Positions 44,143 to 52,141 of a stretch of 64,000 nt of DNA are shown piece after piece. Under the pieces are notes generated by a model. It had not been told where the DNA came from. It made no database searches and saw only the letters and a program-made list of their open reading frames with translations. The position numbers and the translations under genes are program-made. Source of the DNA: Solirubrobacterales bacterium (lineage in GTDB: Bacteria > Actinomycetota > Thermoleophilia > Solirubrobacterales > 70-9); the NCBI GenBank assembly GCA_036377415.1, contig DASUYK010000039.1, positions 119 through 64,118 on the forward strand, read 5' to 3'. Within the stretch, counting starts at the first letter, position 1, and each line of letters starts with the position of its first letter.

Positions 44143-45006
44143 ATGGACGCGCTCGCCTGGGAGGCCGAGCCTCCGCAGCTTCGGTCCCCTGTCCTCGTCT
44201 GTGCCTTCGCGGGGTGGAACGACGCTGCGGGGTCGGCCACCACCGCCCTGACCACGGCGGCGGAGTCGCTCGACGCCGAGGTGTTCGCGCAGATCGACCC
44301 CGAGGAGTTCTTCGACTTCCAGGCCAACCGGCCGACGATCAGGCTGAACGAGGGGCAGACACGGGAGATCGAGTGGCCCGGCAACGTCCTGCTTGCCGCG
44401 ACCCCGCGCGGAGCGGAGCGCGACCTGATCCTGCTGGCGGGCACGGAGCCGAACCTGCGCTGGCGCACGTTCTCGGACGGGATCGCCGAGGTTGCGGAGC
44501 AACTGGGCGTGGAGATGGTCGTCACACTCGGGGCACTGATCGCCGACGTCGCCCACACGCTTCCGGTGCCGATCACCGGTCTCGCCTCCGACGAGGCGCT
44601 GGTCGAGCGCCTGGACCTCACCCGCTCCACCTACGAGGGACCCACCGGCGTCGTCGGCGTCCTCCACGACTCCTGTCGTCGCCGGGGAATCCCCTCGGCG
44701 AGCCTCTGGGCCGCCGTCCCTCACTACGTGGCCGCGGTCCCCAACCCGAAGGCGGCCCTGGCGCTGCTTCGCAGGCTCGAGGGCTTGGTCGGCGTCGCCG
44801 TCGAGGCATCCGGCCTCGAGGAGGAATCGGAATCCTACGAGAGCCAGGTGAGCCGCGCGGTGGCCGCCAACCCGGAGATCGAGGAGCTGGTGAAGCGGCT
44901 CGAAGAGGAGCAGGCCGACCGGCTCGACGTTACCGAGGACGTTCCCTCCGGCGAGGCGCTGGCGCGGGACTTCGAGCGCTACCTGCGCCAGCAGGGGAAC
45001 GGTTAG
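44143..45006 (+). CDS. PAC2 (proteasome assembly chaperone 2-like) family protein
   Basis: 287 aa. Motifs LVCAFAGWNDAAGSA, LLAGTEPNLRW, TYEGPTGVVGVL are typical of actinobacterial PAC2 proteins. Confidence 0.88.
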   Translation: MDALAWEAEPPQLRSPVLVCAFAGWNDAAGSATTALTTAAESLDAEVFAQIDPEEFFDFQANRPTIRLNEGQTREIEWPGNVLLAATPRGAERDLILLAGTEPNLRWRTFSDGIAEVAEQLGVEMVVTLGALIADVAHTLPVPITGLASDEALVERLDLTRSTYEGPTGVVGVLHDSCRRRGIPSASLWAAVPHYVAAVPNPKAALALLRRLEGLVGVAVEASGLEEESESYESQVSRAVAANPEIEELVKRLEEEQADRLDVTEDVPSGEALARDFERYLRQQGNG

Positions 45007-45022
45007 CGAACTCAGCGCCCCA

Positions 45023-45042
45023 GCGCTCGCGATCGCGAGCGC
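45023..45042. terminator. Perfect 20-nt palindrome GCGCTCGCGATCGCGAGCGC between convergent genes
   Basis: Could form a 10-bp (or 8-bp plus tetraloop) hairpin on either strand. No U-run. Confidence 0.45.
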
Positions 45043-45059
45043 CAGGTGGACGCAGGCGC

Positions 45060-48000
45060 TCATGCCTCGGATGCGGGACAGATCAGTCTGAAGTCGCACC
45101 AGGAGCAGATCTCGGGGGATGGGCGTGGCTCGAAGTCCTGCCCGAGGATCCCCTCGCCGACCTCGAGGACGACGCCCTCGACCCGCTCGAGGTCATCGGG
45201 CGATCCACCCACCGCGACCTTCTCGTCGGCGAGGACGTACCAGTAGGTCCCCGCGGCTCCCTCCAGCCGCCAGGCCTCCCTGGCGGCGAGCCTGTAGATC
45301 GCGAGCTGGACGTCGGACTCGAGCTCGCGCTGCGGCTTCGGGTCGCCCGTCTTGTAGTCGATCAGCTCGTAGCCGCCGCCGGGCAACTGGTCAACGCGGT
45401 CGACCCGGCCGCGGAGGTGATGCGGTCCAATCCGGAAGTCGAACTTGCGCTCCACCCAGCGGGGGCGGGCGCCACTCGACACCTCCCTCGCGTGGTAGCG
45501 GCGCAGCGCCTCGATCGCCTTCTCGCGGAACTGGAGCTCGTCGTCGGACTCCCCGAACCCCGACCGTCGCCAGGCCGCCGCGAACAGCGCCATCAGCCTG
45601 TCCAGGCTCCCGGCGTCCGCTTCGCCGGTGGATCCGGCGGCGGTGTTTGTGGCCGCCGTTGATGAGTGGAAGCGCTCGAGCACCTGGTGGATCACGATCC
45701 CGAAGCGCTGGTTGATCGTCGTCTCCTGGGGAATCCCGAAGACGCGCGCGAACTTGTACTTGAGCGGGCAGGTCCGGTAGAGGTCGATGTCGGTTGCGGA
45801 CAGCGCGAGGCCCTCGCCTCGGCGGGGTAGGAAGGCCTCGAGCGAGGGCTCGTCACGCAGCTCGATCAGCTCACGGCGGCGCTTCGCCGCCCCCTCCTCG
45901 TCGAGGAGGTACGCGTCGAGGCCGGAGTCGGCGAGCGCGGCGCGCTGCTCCGGGGAGATCGCGTTGTCGAGCAGGTCGTTGATCGCCGCCAGCGCGTCGG
46001 CGACCGGCTCCTCGCTCGATCCCTGGAGGAGGCCGGCCAGCTTTACCAGCTCGAGGAAGCGCGCCACCGCACGGGTGACGTCGACGTAGGTGTCGAGCCG
46101 GGGTTCGCGGAGCTTTCCTCCCGCCCGCCAGGCCTCCTCGAGGACCTCGTCCTGGATCATCCGATAGGTCGCCTGAAGGCCCTCGGCGGGCCCGAACAGC
46201 TCCTCGGCGTGCTCCTGCTCGCCCGCGTCGAGGACGGCGCGGGCGTCTTCGTAGAAGGGGGAGGGGCGGACGCTCCCTGACTCGGTCGCGGCGGGCCTCG
46301 AGAGGACGAGCTCGTCGGTCGCCCGGGTCATCGCGACGTAGAGCAGCCTTCTCGCCGCGTCCTCGTGCGAGGGATGATCGCCGGCGAGCTCGGCGGGGAC
46401 CATCGGCATCCCCGCCGGCTTCGCTCCCGGGATAGCCCCCGCATGCATTCCGACCACGTACACGCGCGAGAGCTCGAGCCCCTTCAGGCTCTCGAGCGGC
46501 ATCACCCGAACGGCGGCCGCCATCGGATCGCTCGGCTCCTCGACCGGCGCGACGCCAGCCTCGGACACGGCGACCAGATAGCGGACGAAGTCGCGGTTTG
46601 AGCCGGTCGGCTCGCGCCGGACCCAGTCCGCGGCGAGCTCGCCCAGCCGGGAGAGGTTCCGGAGGCGCTCGGCCGCCTCCGGATGCGCGGCGAAGAGGCG
46701 GTGCCGGCGAAAGCCGATTCGCTCGATCAGCCGGCGCACGAACACGTCGGCCCGCATCTCGCCCATCGCCCGGGCGGCGGCACGATGAAGGGAGAGGAAG
46801 CCGCGGATTCGATCCCGGGCCTCCGGCGGGATCTGGGGGCTCTCGAGGGATGCCTCGAGAGCCGAGACCATGTCGAGCTTGCGCCGCCGCGCGATCGTCG
46901 TGCAGCGCGCCAGGTCCACCGAGCGGAGCTCGACCGGGGGTCGGCTCAGCGCCCTGACCGCTGCCGCCGCGTCGGTGGGATCCGCGAGCAGGCGCAGCCA
47001 CGCGATCACGTCGCGGATCTCCGGGCGCTGGAAGAAGGCCCCCGGCCCGGTCAGCCGGTAGGGGACCCGGCGCTCCTCGAGGGCCGCGGCGATTGCCCGG
47101 GCGCGCCCGTCGCCTCGAGGTACCGCGACGCAGATCTCCTCCATCCGCACCTCACCGGCGGCGAGAGCGCTCTCGATGTCGCGGGCGACCGCCTGGGCCT
47201 CGGCGCGCTCGTTGGCTCCTCGCCAGAAGCGGACGCGCGTCGGCGGGCCCGCGGCGCGACGAGCCGGCGCGGCGCCCCGCTCGGCGCGGCCGACCACCGC
47301 GTGCGCGGCATCGAGAAGATCGCCGCCGTACCGCCAGGCGGGCTCGAGCGCGAGCTCCGCCGCCCCGAGTGCCTTACGCGCCCAGCGGGACGCGGAGCCG
47401 CACTGCGCGCGCGCCTGCTCGTCGTCGCAGGACACGACCGCGGTTCTGGCGCCCTTCGCGATCGCCTCGATCAGGGACCGCTCGGCGGGGCAGGCGTCCT
47501 CCGCCTCGTCGACGATCAGGTGCGGGAATCGCTCGGAGATCGCCGCCCCCAGCGCCGGCCGCTCCCCGAGCAGCCTGGTGAGCTCGAGAACAGCCTCGCC
47601 GTTGTCGATCGCCCCGGCTGAACGCAGCATCGAGTCGTGGAGCTCGTAGATCTCCGCGAACTCCCGCTCCCGAGCGGCCGCATCTCGCTCGGACCCGCTC
47701 TCGCCCGTGGCGCGCTCAGACCACTCCCGAAAACGCTGCGCCGTGACGCCCGCGGACTTCAGCGCGTCGATTCGATCGACGATCCGGGCGAGCAGGCCGG
47801 CCGGGTTCCCCCGGATCTCGTGGCGGCGGAGTGGAAGCTCGTCGACCCGCTCGAGGAGCATCGCGAGCCGCTCGGCCGGACTGAGGGACTCGCAGAACGG
47901 GTCGAGCCCGGCCTCGATCGCATGCTCCCGAAGGAGCCGAACCGCCGCCAGCGGGTGCCGGTGGACGACGAGCTCCTCGAAGGCGCCCTTGATCGCCTCC

Positions 48001-48218
48001 TCCGCCCGGCTCCTGATCCTGTTCGCCGCCGCGCCCGAGCGGGTTAGAACGAGCGTGCCCTCCCGTTCCTCGGTCAGCCGCGCGAGGCGTCGCGCGAGCG
48101 ACTCCGTGCGGCCGCTTCCCGCCACGCCGAGAAGCAGCATGGCGCCCGCGTCGTGGGCGATCACCGCCTCCTGCCCCTCACTCGGCCTGAGATGGTCTCG
48201 ATCGCTCTCGGCGGCCAT
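45060..48218 (-). CDS. UvrD/Rep-like SF1 helicase fused to a C-terminal PD-(D/E)XK (RecB/AddB-type, 4-Cys) nuclease
   Basis: Trimmed to ATG 48218 (MAAESDRDHL). Motif I GVAGSGRTE (Arg at the Lys position), motif II LIVDEAED, CDDEQA, motif VI RRLLYVAMTRA. Nuclease motifs RVDRVD, ELIDYKTG, QLAIY. Cys cluster YRTCPLKY plus CSWCDFRLIC. Confidence 0.88.
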   Translation of the reverse strand: MAAESDRDHLRPSEGQEAVIAHDAGAMLLLGVAGSGRTESLARRLARLTEEREGTLVLTRSGAAANRIRSRAEEAIKGAFEELVVHRHPLAAVRLLREHAIEAGLDPFCESLSPAERLAMLLERVDELPLRRHEIRGNPAGLLARIVDRIDALKSAGVTAQRFREWSERATGESGSERDAAAREREFAEIYELHDSMLRSAGAIDNGEAVLELTRLLGERPALGAAISERFPHLIVDEAEDACPAERSLIEAIAKGARTAVVSCDDEQARAQCGSASRWARKALGAAELALEPAWRYGGDLLDAAHAVVGRAERGAAPARRAAGPPTRVRFWRGANERAEAQAVARDIESALAAGEVRMEEICVAVPRGDGRARAIAAALEERRVPYRLTGPGAFFQRPEIRDVIAWLRLLADPTDAAAAVRALSRPPVELRSVDLARCTTIARRRKLDMVSALEASLESPQIPPEARDRIRGFLSLHRAAARAMGEMRADVFVRRLIERIGFRRHRLFAAHPEAAERLRNLSRLGELAADWVRREPTGSNRDFVRYLVAVSEAGVAPVEEPSDPMAAAVRVMPLESLKGLELSRVYVVGMHAGAIPGAKPAGMPMVPAELAGDHPSHEDAARRLLYVAMTRATDELVLSRPAATESGSVRPSPFYEDARAVLDAGEQEHAEELFGPAEGLQATYRMIQDEVLEEAWRAGGKLREPRLDTYVDVTRAVARFLELVKLAGLLQGSSEEPVADALAAINDLLDNAISPEQRAALADSGLDAYLLDEEGAAKRRRELIELRDEPSLEAFLPRRGEGLALSATDIDLYRTCPLKYKFARVFGIPQETTINQRFGIVIHQVLERFHSSTAATNTAAGSTGEADAGSLDRLMALFAAAWRRSGFGESDDELQFREKAIEALRRYHAREVSSGARPRWVERKFDFRIGPHHLRGRVDRVDQLPGGGYELIDYKTGDPKPQRELESDVQLAIYRLAAREAWRLEGAAGTYWYVLADEKVAVGGSPDDLERVEGVVLEVGEGILGQDFEPRPSPEICSWCDFRLICPASEA

Positions 48219-48225
48219 CGAGGTC

Positions 48226-48231
48226 AGGCTA
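48226..48231 (-). promoter_or_regulatory. -10-like hexamer TAGCCT, 7 nt upstream of the helicase-nuclease ATG
   Basis: Reverse strand reads TAGCCT-gacctcg-ATG. Confidence 0.4.
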
Positions 48232-48248
48232 GTGCACACATCCGCCGC

Positions 48249-48254
48249 TAATCT
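48249..48254 (+). promoter_or_regulatory. -10-like hexamer TAATCT, 6 nt upstream of GTG 48261
   Basis: Sequence reads TAATCT-ggccgc-GTG. Confidence 0.45.
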
Positions 48255-48260
48255 GGCCGC

Positions 48261-49079
48261 GTGATCGCCGACGGCGAGTGGATCGAGGCGTTTCGCCGGG
48301 CGGTCGCCGCCCATCGGCGGATCTTCGACGAGCACCGGGGAATCGAGGCACGGACCGTCTACGAGGGGCTTGGGGAGGGAGGGGATCGCACCCTGCTGAT
48401 CGACCGGCTCTGCGAGGACGCCGTCTTCGACGAGCTCGACGCCCTGCACGGGCAGGGCCACGAGTTCACGGCGATCTCGGAGGAGCGCGGCACGGTCGGG
48501 TTCGGTGGCGGCTCATCGGAGGTCCGCGTCGTGATCGATCCGATCGACGGGTCCCTGAACGCGCGGCGGACGATCCCCTGGCACAGCCTCACGATCGCGG
48601 TCGCCGATGGGGACTCGATGGCCGACGTCACCCTCGGCTACGTCTACGAGTTCGGGGCCGGTGAGGAGTTCGTCGCGAGCGGCGGCGGGGGAGCGACCCT
48701 CGACGGAATGCCTATTTCCGTCGCACCCGGGGATGGTCTGGAGGTGATCTCCGTCGAGTCGAACAAGCCGGAGCGGCTGCTTGCCGCCGCGCAGGCGCTG
48801 GTCGGCCGGGCCTATCGGGTCCGGACGCCCGGCTCGATCGCGATCTCCCTCGCCTACCTGGCCGCTGCTCGCTACGACGGGATGGTAAGCGCGAGGTGCC
48901 GCTCGGTCGACGCCGCCGCCGGGCAGCTGATCGCCCGTGAGGCGGGAGCACTGGTCAATTTCGGAGAGGGCGGGCTCGAGGATGCCTCTCTCGATTTGTC
49001 CGCCCGCTACGACATCGCGGCGGCACGGACCGAGGCCGACCTGGCGTCTCTCGACGAGGTGAGGAGGGCGATGCCTTGA
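48261..49079 (+). CDS. Inositol monophosphatase family protein (IMPase/FBPase/SuhB-like)
   Basis: 272 aa. Motifs SEERG, VVIDPIDGSLNARR (DPIDG[ST]), GSIAISLAYLAAARYDG. Confidence 0.88.
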   Translation: MIADGEWIEAFRRAVAAHRRIFDEHRGIEARTVYEGLGEGGDRTLLIDRLCEDAVFDELDALHGQGHEFTAISEERGTVGFGGGSSEVRVVIDPIDGSLNARRTIPWHSLTIAVADGDSMADVTLGYVYEFGAGEEFVASGGGGATLDGMPISVAPGDGLEVISVESNKPERLLAAAQALVGRAYRVRTPGSIAISLAYLAAARYDGMVSARCRSVDAAAGQLIAREAGALVNFGEGGLEDASLDLSARYDIAAARTEADLASLDEVRRAMP

Positions 49080-50167
49080 CGGATGCTCCGCCCACGATCG
49101 TCGACTGGAACCTGGCGGAGCGGGTGGCGCTCGCCCTGGCAGGCTCCGGTTCCGGCTGGACCGGCAGCGAGGAGGAGCTCCGCTCCGAGTCCGAGCGAGC
49201 CGCCGAGCTCGTTCGCCGCTACACCGGGCTGAAGCCGAGGGGCCGCCTGCCCGAGGCCGAGCTCGTCGATCGCTCCGAGTGGGCGCGGGTGAACATCGAG
49301 TCCTTCCGCGGACTCTCCTCCAAGGTGGAGCGCGAGCTGCAGGGCCGGATGGAGGGACGGGGCCGCAGCGGGGGCCTCCAGCGGACCCTGGTCAGCGCCG
49401 CTACCGGCGCGGAGGTGGGCCTGGCCGTCGGGTATCTCTCGCAGCGGGTGATCGGCCAGTATGACGTGGCGCTGATCGGGCCGGCGAGGGCGCCACGCCT
49501 GCTGTTCGTGGGGGCGAACCTCTCCTCCGCCCGAAGGCGACTCGAGGTCGACCGGGACCTGTTCCTTCGCTGGGTCGCCCTCCACGAGACGACCCATGCA
49601 GTCCACTTCGCTGCGGTCCCCTGGTTGCGGGGGCACATCGGGGGGATCGCCGAGGAGCTCTTCGAGAAGGCGGCGGTCGAGGTGAAGCCGGGCGAGCTGA
49701 TCGGGAAGCTGGTGCGCCTGAACCCAAGGGAGCTGATCCGCTCGGCGACCAGCGGAGAGCTCGCGACGCTGCTCTGGCCCGAGCCGCAGCGCAAGCTTCT
49801 GGAGCGGCTGACGGCGACGATGACGATGGTCGAGGGCTACGCCGAGCACGTCATGGACGCGGTCGGCGACCAGCTCGATCCGCGCTATGCCGACCTGCGG
49901 CGAGCACTCGACCGCGACCGTGATCGGCGGGGACTGCTGGACTCGATCGTCTCGAAGCTCCTCGGTCTGGAGATGAAGCTTGCCCAGTACCGCCGCGGCA
50001 AGGCGTTCGCCGACGAGGTCGTGCGGACCCATGGGATCAGGACCCTGAACCGAGCGTGGCATGACCCCGAGGCACTTCCCCGGGCGGAGGAGCTCGACTG
50101 CCCCGCGGAATGGGTCGAGCGCGTCGGCGCCGCCCGCGAGCGCCGTTTCTTCGCGCTGTTCAGATGA
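49076..50167 (+). CDS. Zinc-dependent metalloprotease, DUF2342 family
   Basis: 363 aa. HExxH as ALHETTHAVHF. TTG start overlaps the previous stop (TTGA), with GAGGTGAGGAGGG upstream. Confidence 0.85.
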   Translation: MTDAPPTIVDWNLAERVALALAGSGSGWTGSEEELRSESERAAELVRRYTGLKPRGRLPEAELVDRSEWARVNIESFRGLSSKVERELQGRMEGRGRSGGLQRTLVSAATGAEVGLAVGYLSQRVIGQYDVALIGPARAPRLLFVGANLSSARRRLEVDRDLFLRWVALHETTHAVHFAAVPWLRGHIGGIAEELFEKAAVEVKPGELIGKLVRLNPRELIRSATSGELATLLWPEPQRKLLERLTATMTMVEGYAEHVMDAVGDQLDPRYADLRRALDRDRDRRGLLDSIVSKLLGLEMKLAQYRRGKAFADEVVRTHGIRTLNRAWHDPEALPRAEELDCPAEWVERVGAARERRFFALFR

Positions 50168-50230
50168 GCCATTTCACCCGGCTGAGTCCCCGGCGAAAGA
50201 GGTTTGTAACCGCCTCGGGGTCCGGGGGTA

Positions 50231-50242
50231 GAACATGTGTTC
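50231..50242. promoter_or_regulatory. LexA (SOS/Cheo) box GAACATGTGTTC (GAAC-N4-GTTC)
   Basis: The tAGAACATGTGTTCGc context matches the Gram-positive/actinobacterial consensus cGAAC-N4-GTTCg. It sits in the AT-rich leader region upstream of gene 50328. Confidence 0.6.
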
Positions 50243-50244
50243 GC

Positions 50245-50256
50245 AAACGTGTGTTC
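50245..50256. promoter_or_regulatory. Second, degenerate LexA-like box AAACGTGTGTTC
   Basis: Lies 2 nt after box 1. It has one mismatch in the left arm and overlaps a possible -35 (TTCGGT), with TTAGAT 18 nt downstream. Confidence 0.3.
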
Positions 50257-50327
50257 GGTGCTAAGCTCTGAACATCCTTAGATCTAATAGGTCCGCCGAA
50301 AGCAAGCTGAAGGGATTTGAAGCCGAG

Positions 50328-50789
50328 ATGCCCGCAAAGAGCGCAACGAAGAAGACCGAAGAGACCACCGAGGTGACCAGCACCGCCCGCAAGCCGTCCG
50401 AGCAGGCCCTCCAGGCGGTTGATGTCGCGGTCGGCGCCGTTCCGACCGTTGCCGACGCCGTTCGCCGGACCGCCGATACCTGGCGGAACCCCGAGACGCG
50501 TTCGCAGGAGATCGAGACCCTGCGGAGCCGCCTCGGGACCGAGATCGAGAGGGTGGAGGCCAAGGGCGGCGACGTCCGGCGCCAGGTGACCGAGCAGCTG
50601 ATCGGTCAGGCTCGCAAGGCGCGCGAGCGCGTCGAGCCGGTCTACCGCGATCGCGTCGAGCCGGTGGTCAAGGACCGGGTCGAGCCGGTCATCAAGGACC
50701 GCTTTCAGCCGGTTTATCGCCAGCGCGTCGAGCCCGTCTACCGCGACCGGGTCGAGCCGGCGGTGAAGCGGGTGCGCGAGCGCATCTGA
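50328..50789 (+). CDS. Hypothetical protein with helical N-terminus and six C-terminal octapeptide repeats (HbhA/apolipoprotein-like look)
   Basis: 153 aa with good GC3. The C-terminus reads VEPVYRDR-VEPVVKDR-VEPVIKDR-FQPVYRQR-VEPVYRDR-VEPAVKRV. Confidence 0.7.
   Translation: MPAKSATKKTEETTEVTSTARKPSEQALQAVDVAVGAVPTVADAVRRTADTWRNPETRSQEIETLRSRLGTEIERVEAKGGDVRRQVTEQLIGQARKARERVEPVYRDRVEPVVKDRVEPVIKDRFQPVYRQRVEPVYRDRVEPAVKRVRERI
50631..50774 (+). repeat. Six in-frame tandem 24-bp repeats (consensus GTCGAGCCGGTCTACCGCGACCGG)
   Basis: Units start at 50631, 50655, 50679, 50703, 50727 and 50751. They lie inside CDS 50328..50789. Confidence 0.9.
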
Positions 50790-50848
50790 TTCTTACCCCG
50801 GGCGTCCCTGAGAGGTGGCGCGCCCGGAGAAGCTCTCTCGCATTGGCC

Positions 50849-50871
50849 CGGCCGCCGTTTTGTGGCGGCCG
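50849..50871 (+). terminator. Hairpin CGGCCGCC-gttttgt-GGCGGCCG downstream of gene 50328
   Basis: 8-bp stem, 7-nt loop, weak U-tract. Confidence 0.35.
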
Positions 50872-50906
50872 TTGATGTGGGCGGGAAGCAGCACCTCTCC
50901 TCCCTC

Positions 50907-50934
50907 GAAAACCGGGCCACGTGGCCCGGTTTTC
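50907..50934 (+). terminator. Intrinsic terminator: perfect 28-nt palindrome GAAAACCGGGCCAC|GTGGCCCGGTTTTC
   Basis: GC-rich stem flanked by A4/T4, so it could terminate in both directions. It overlaps the longest-ORF start (50921) of mrp and argues for the GTG 50957 start. Confidence 0.6.
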
Positions 50935-50943
50935 ACGTCTGCG

Positions 50944-50949
50944 TACACT
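50944..50949 (+). promoter_or_regulatory. -10-like hexamer TACACT, 7 nt upstream of the mrp GTG 50957
   Basis: Sequence reads TACACT-tgaaccc-GTG. Confidence 0.45.
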
Positions 50950-50956
50950 TGAACCC

Positions 50957-52105
50957 GTGCCGACCAAAGAGCAGGTAACCGAGAAGCTCACCGCCGTCAT
51001 CGATCCCGAGCTGCGGCGCTCGATCGTCGAGCTGGGAATGGTGCGCTCGATCGAGATCGCCGACGACGGCCGGGTGGCGGTGGTGGTCTCGCTCACAACC
51101 CCGGGTTGCCCGATTCGCTCCCACTTCCAGCAGGCGGTGGTCCAGAACATCTCTCAGCTCGAGGGGGTGAGCGGAGTGGAGGTCGGCTTCGATGTCCTCT
51201 CCGACGGGGAGAAGTCGGAGCTCCAGCAGAAGCTCGGCCGTCCGAAGCTCCCCGAGGGGGCTCTCGCGCAGGTGAAGAACGTGATCTGCGTCGCCTCCGG
51301 CAAGGGTGGGGTTGGGAAGTCGACGATGACCGCGAACCTGGCGGCGGCCCTGGTCGCCGAGGGCCATAAGGCGGGCGCTCTCGACTGCGACGTCTATGGC
51401 TATTCGATTCCCCGGATGCTCGGCATCAACAAGAAGCCCGACGTCTCGCCCGAGCGCAAGATCATCCCCCCAGTCTCTCCGGCCGGCCCGACCGTGATGT
51501 CGATCGGGTTCTTCGTCGAGGAGAACGCAGCGGTCGTCTGGCGGGGCCCAATGCTCCACAAGGCGATCCAGCAGTTCCTCGAGGACGTCGCGTGGGAGGA
51601 GCTGGACTATCTCCTGCTCGACCTGCCACCGGGCACCGGCGACGTCTCGATGACCCTTGCGCAGCTCCTTCCGCAGGCGAAGATCGTGATCGTCACGACT
51701 CCTCAGCCGGCCGCGCAGAGCGTGGCGCGCCGCGCAGCCGAGATGGCCACCAAGGTCGATCTCGAGGTGCTCGGGGTGATCGAAAACATGTCGGCGTTCA
51801 CGGGGCCTGACGGGGAGCGGGTCGCGATCTTCGGCGAGGGCGGCGGACAGCTGCTCGCCGACGAGCTCGAGGTGCCGCTGCTCGCGAAGGTGCCGCTCTC
51901 GGGCGAGCTTCGCGAGCATGCCGACGAGGGCACCCCCCTCGTCATCGAGGATCCAGATGCACCCGCCTCGCAGATGATCCGGGAGGCGGCGCGTGGCATC
52001 GTCGCCACGACACCCGTCGAGCTGCCCGTGATGCAGGCGGTCCCCGCCGCCGCGCAGCCGAACGGCGGCCGGGTCAGCGGCACCGAGCTGCCGATGGTGC
52101 AGTAG
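50957..52105 (+). CDS. mrp: Mrp/NBP35 (ApbC) iron-sulfur cluster carrier ATPase with N-terminal DUF59 domain
   Basis: DUF59 (VIDPELRRSIVELGMV), deviant Walker A SGKGGVGKST, CxxC-type region. The ORF track starts at 50921. Confidence 0.92.
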   Translation: MPTKEQVTEKLTAVIDPELRRSIVELGMVRSIEIADDGRVAVVVSLTTPGCPIRSHFQQAVVQNISQLEGVSGVEVGFDVLSDGEKSELQQKLGRPKLPEGALAQVKNVICVASGKGGVGKSTMTANLAAALVAEGHKAGALDCDVYGYSIPRMLGINKKPDVSPERKIIPPVSPAGPTVMSIGFFVEENAAVVWRGPMLHKAIQQFLEDVAWEELDYLLLDLPPGTGDVSMTLAQLLPQAKIVIVTTPQPAAQSVARRAAEMATKVDLEVLGVIENMSAFTGPDGERVAIFGEGGGQLLADELEVPLLAKVPLSGELREHADEGTPLVIEDPDAPASQMIREAARGIVATTPVELPVMQAVPAAAQPNGGRVSGTELPMVQ

Positions 52106-52141
52106 AAGTCTCCCCGCTGTGCGGGCGGGCCTGCAGATCTC

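Noticed and set aside
43177-45099. Over-extended ORFs, also at 11403..12989, 12068..13072, 18809..19918, 22655..23890, 39038..40993, 41959..42780, 6628..8307, 8130..9227 and 45060..48461
   Set aside because: The N-terminal extensions overlap neighbouring genes and lack homology. Internal starts coincide with ATGA/GTGA/TTGA overlaps, Shine-Dalgarno motifs or -10 boxes, and with the point where family similarity begins.
50164-50271. 35-codon ORF starting at an ATGA overlap with the DUF2342 stop and running across the LexA boxes
   Set aside because: It lies in an AT-rich region with poor GC3 and is more simply explained as promoter/operator DNA. Only the shared ATGAGCC junction motif with the mini-ORFs at 20360 and 20395 made me look twice.
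50631-50774. 24-bp tandem repeats considered as a CRISPR-like or non-coding minisatellite
   Set aside because: There are no spacers. The units are contiguous, in frame and encode a regular octapeptide inside a GC3-consistent ORF.
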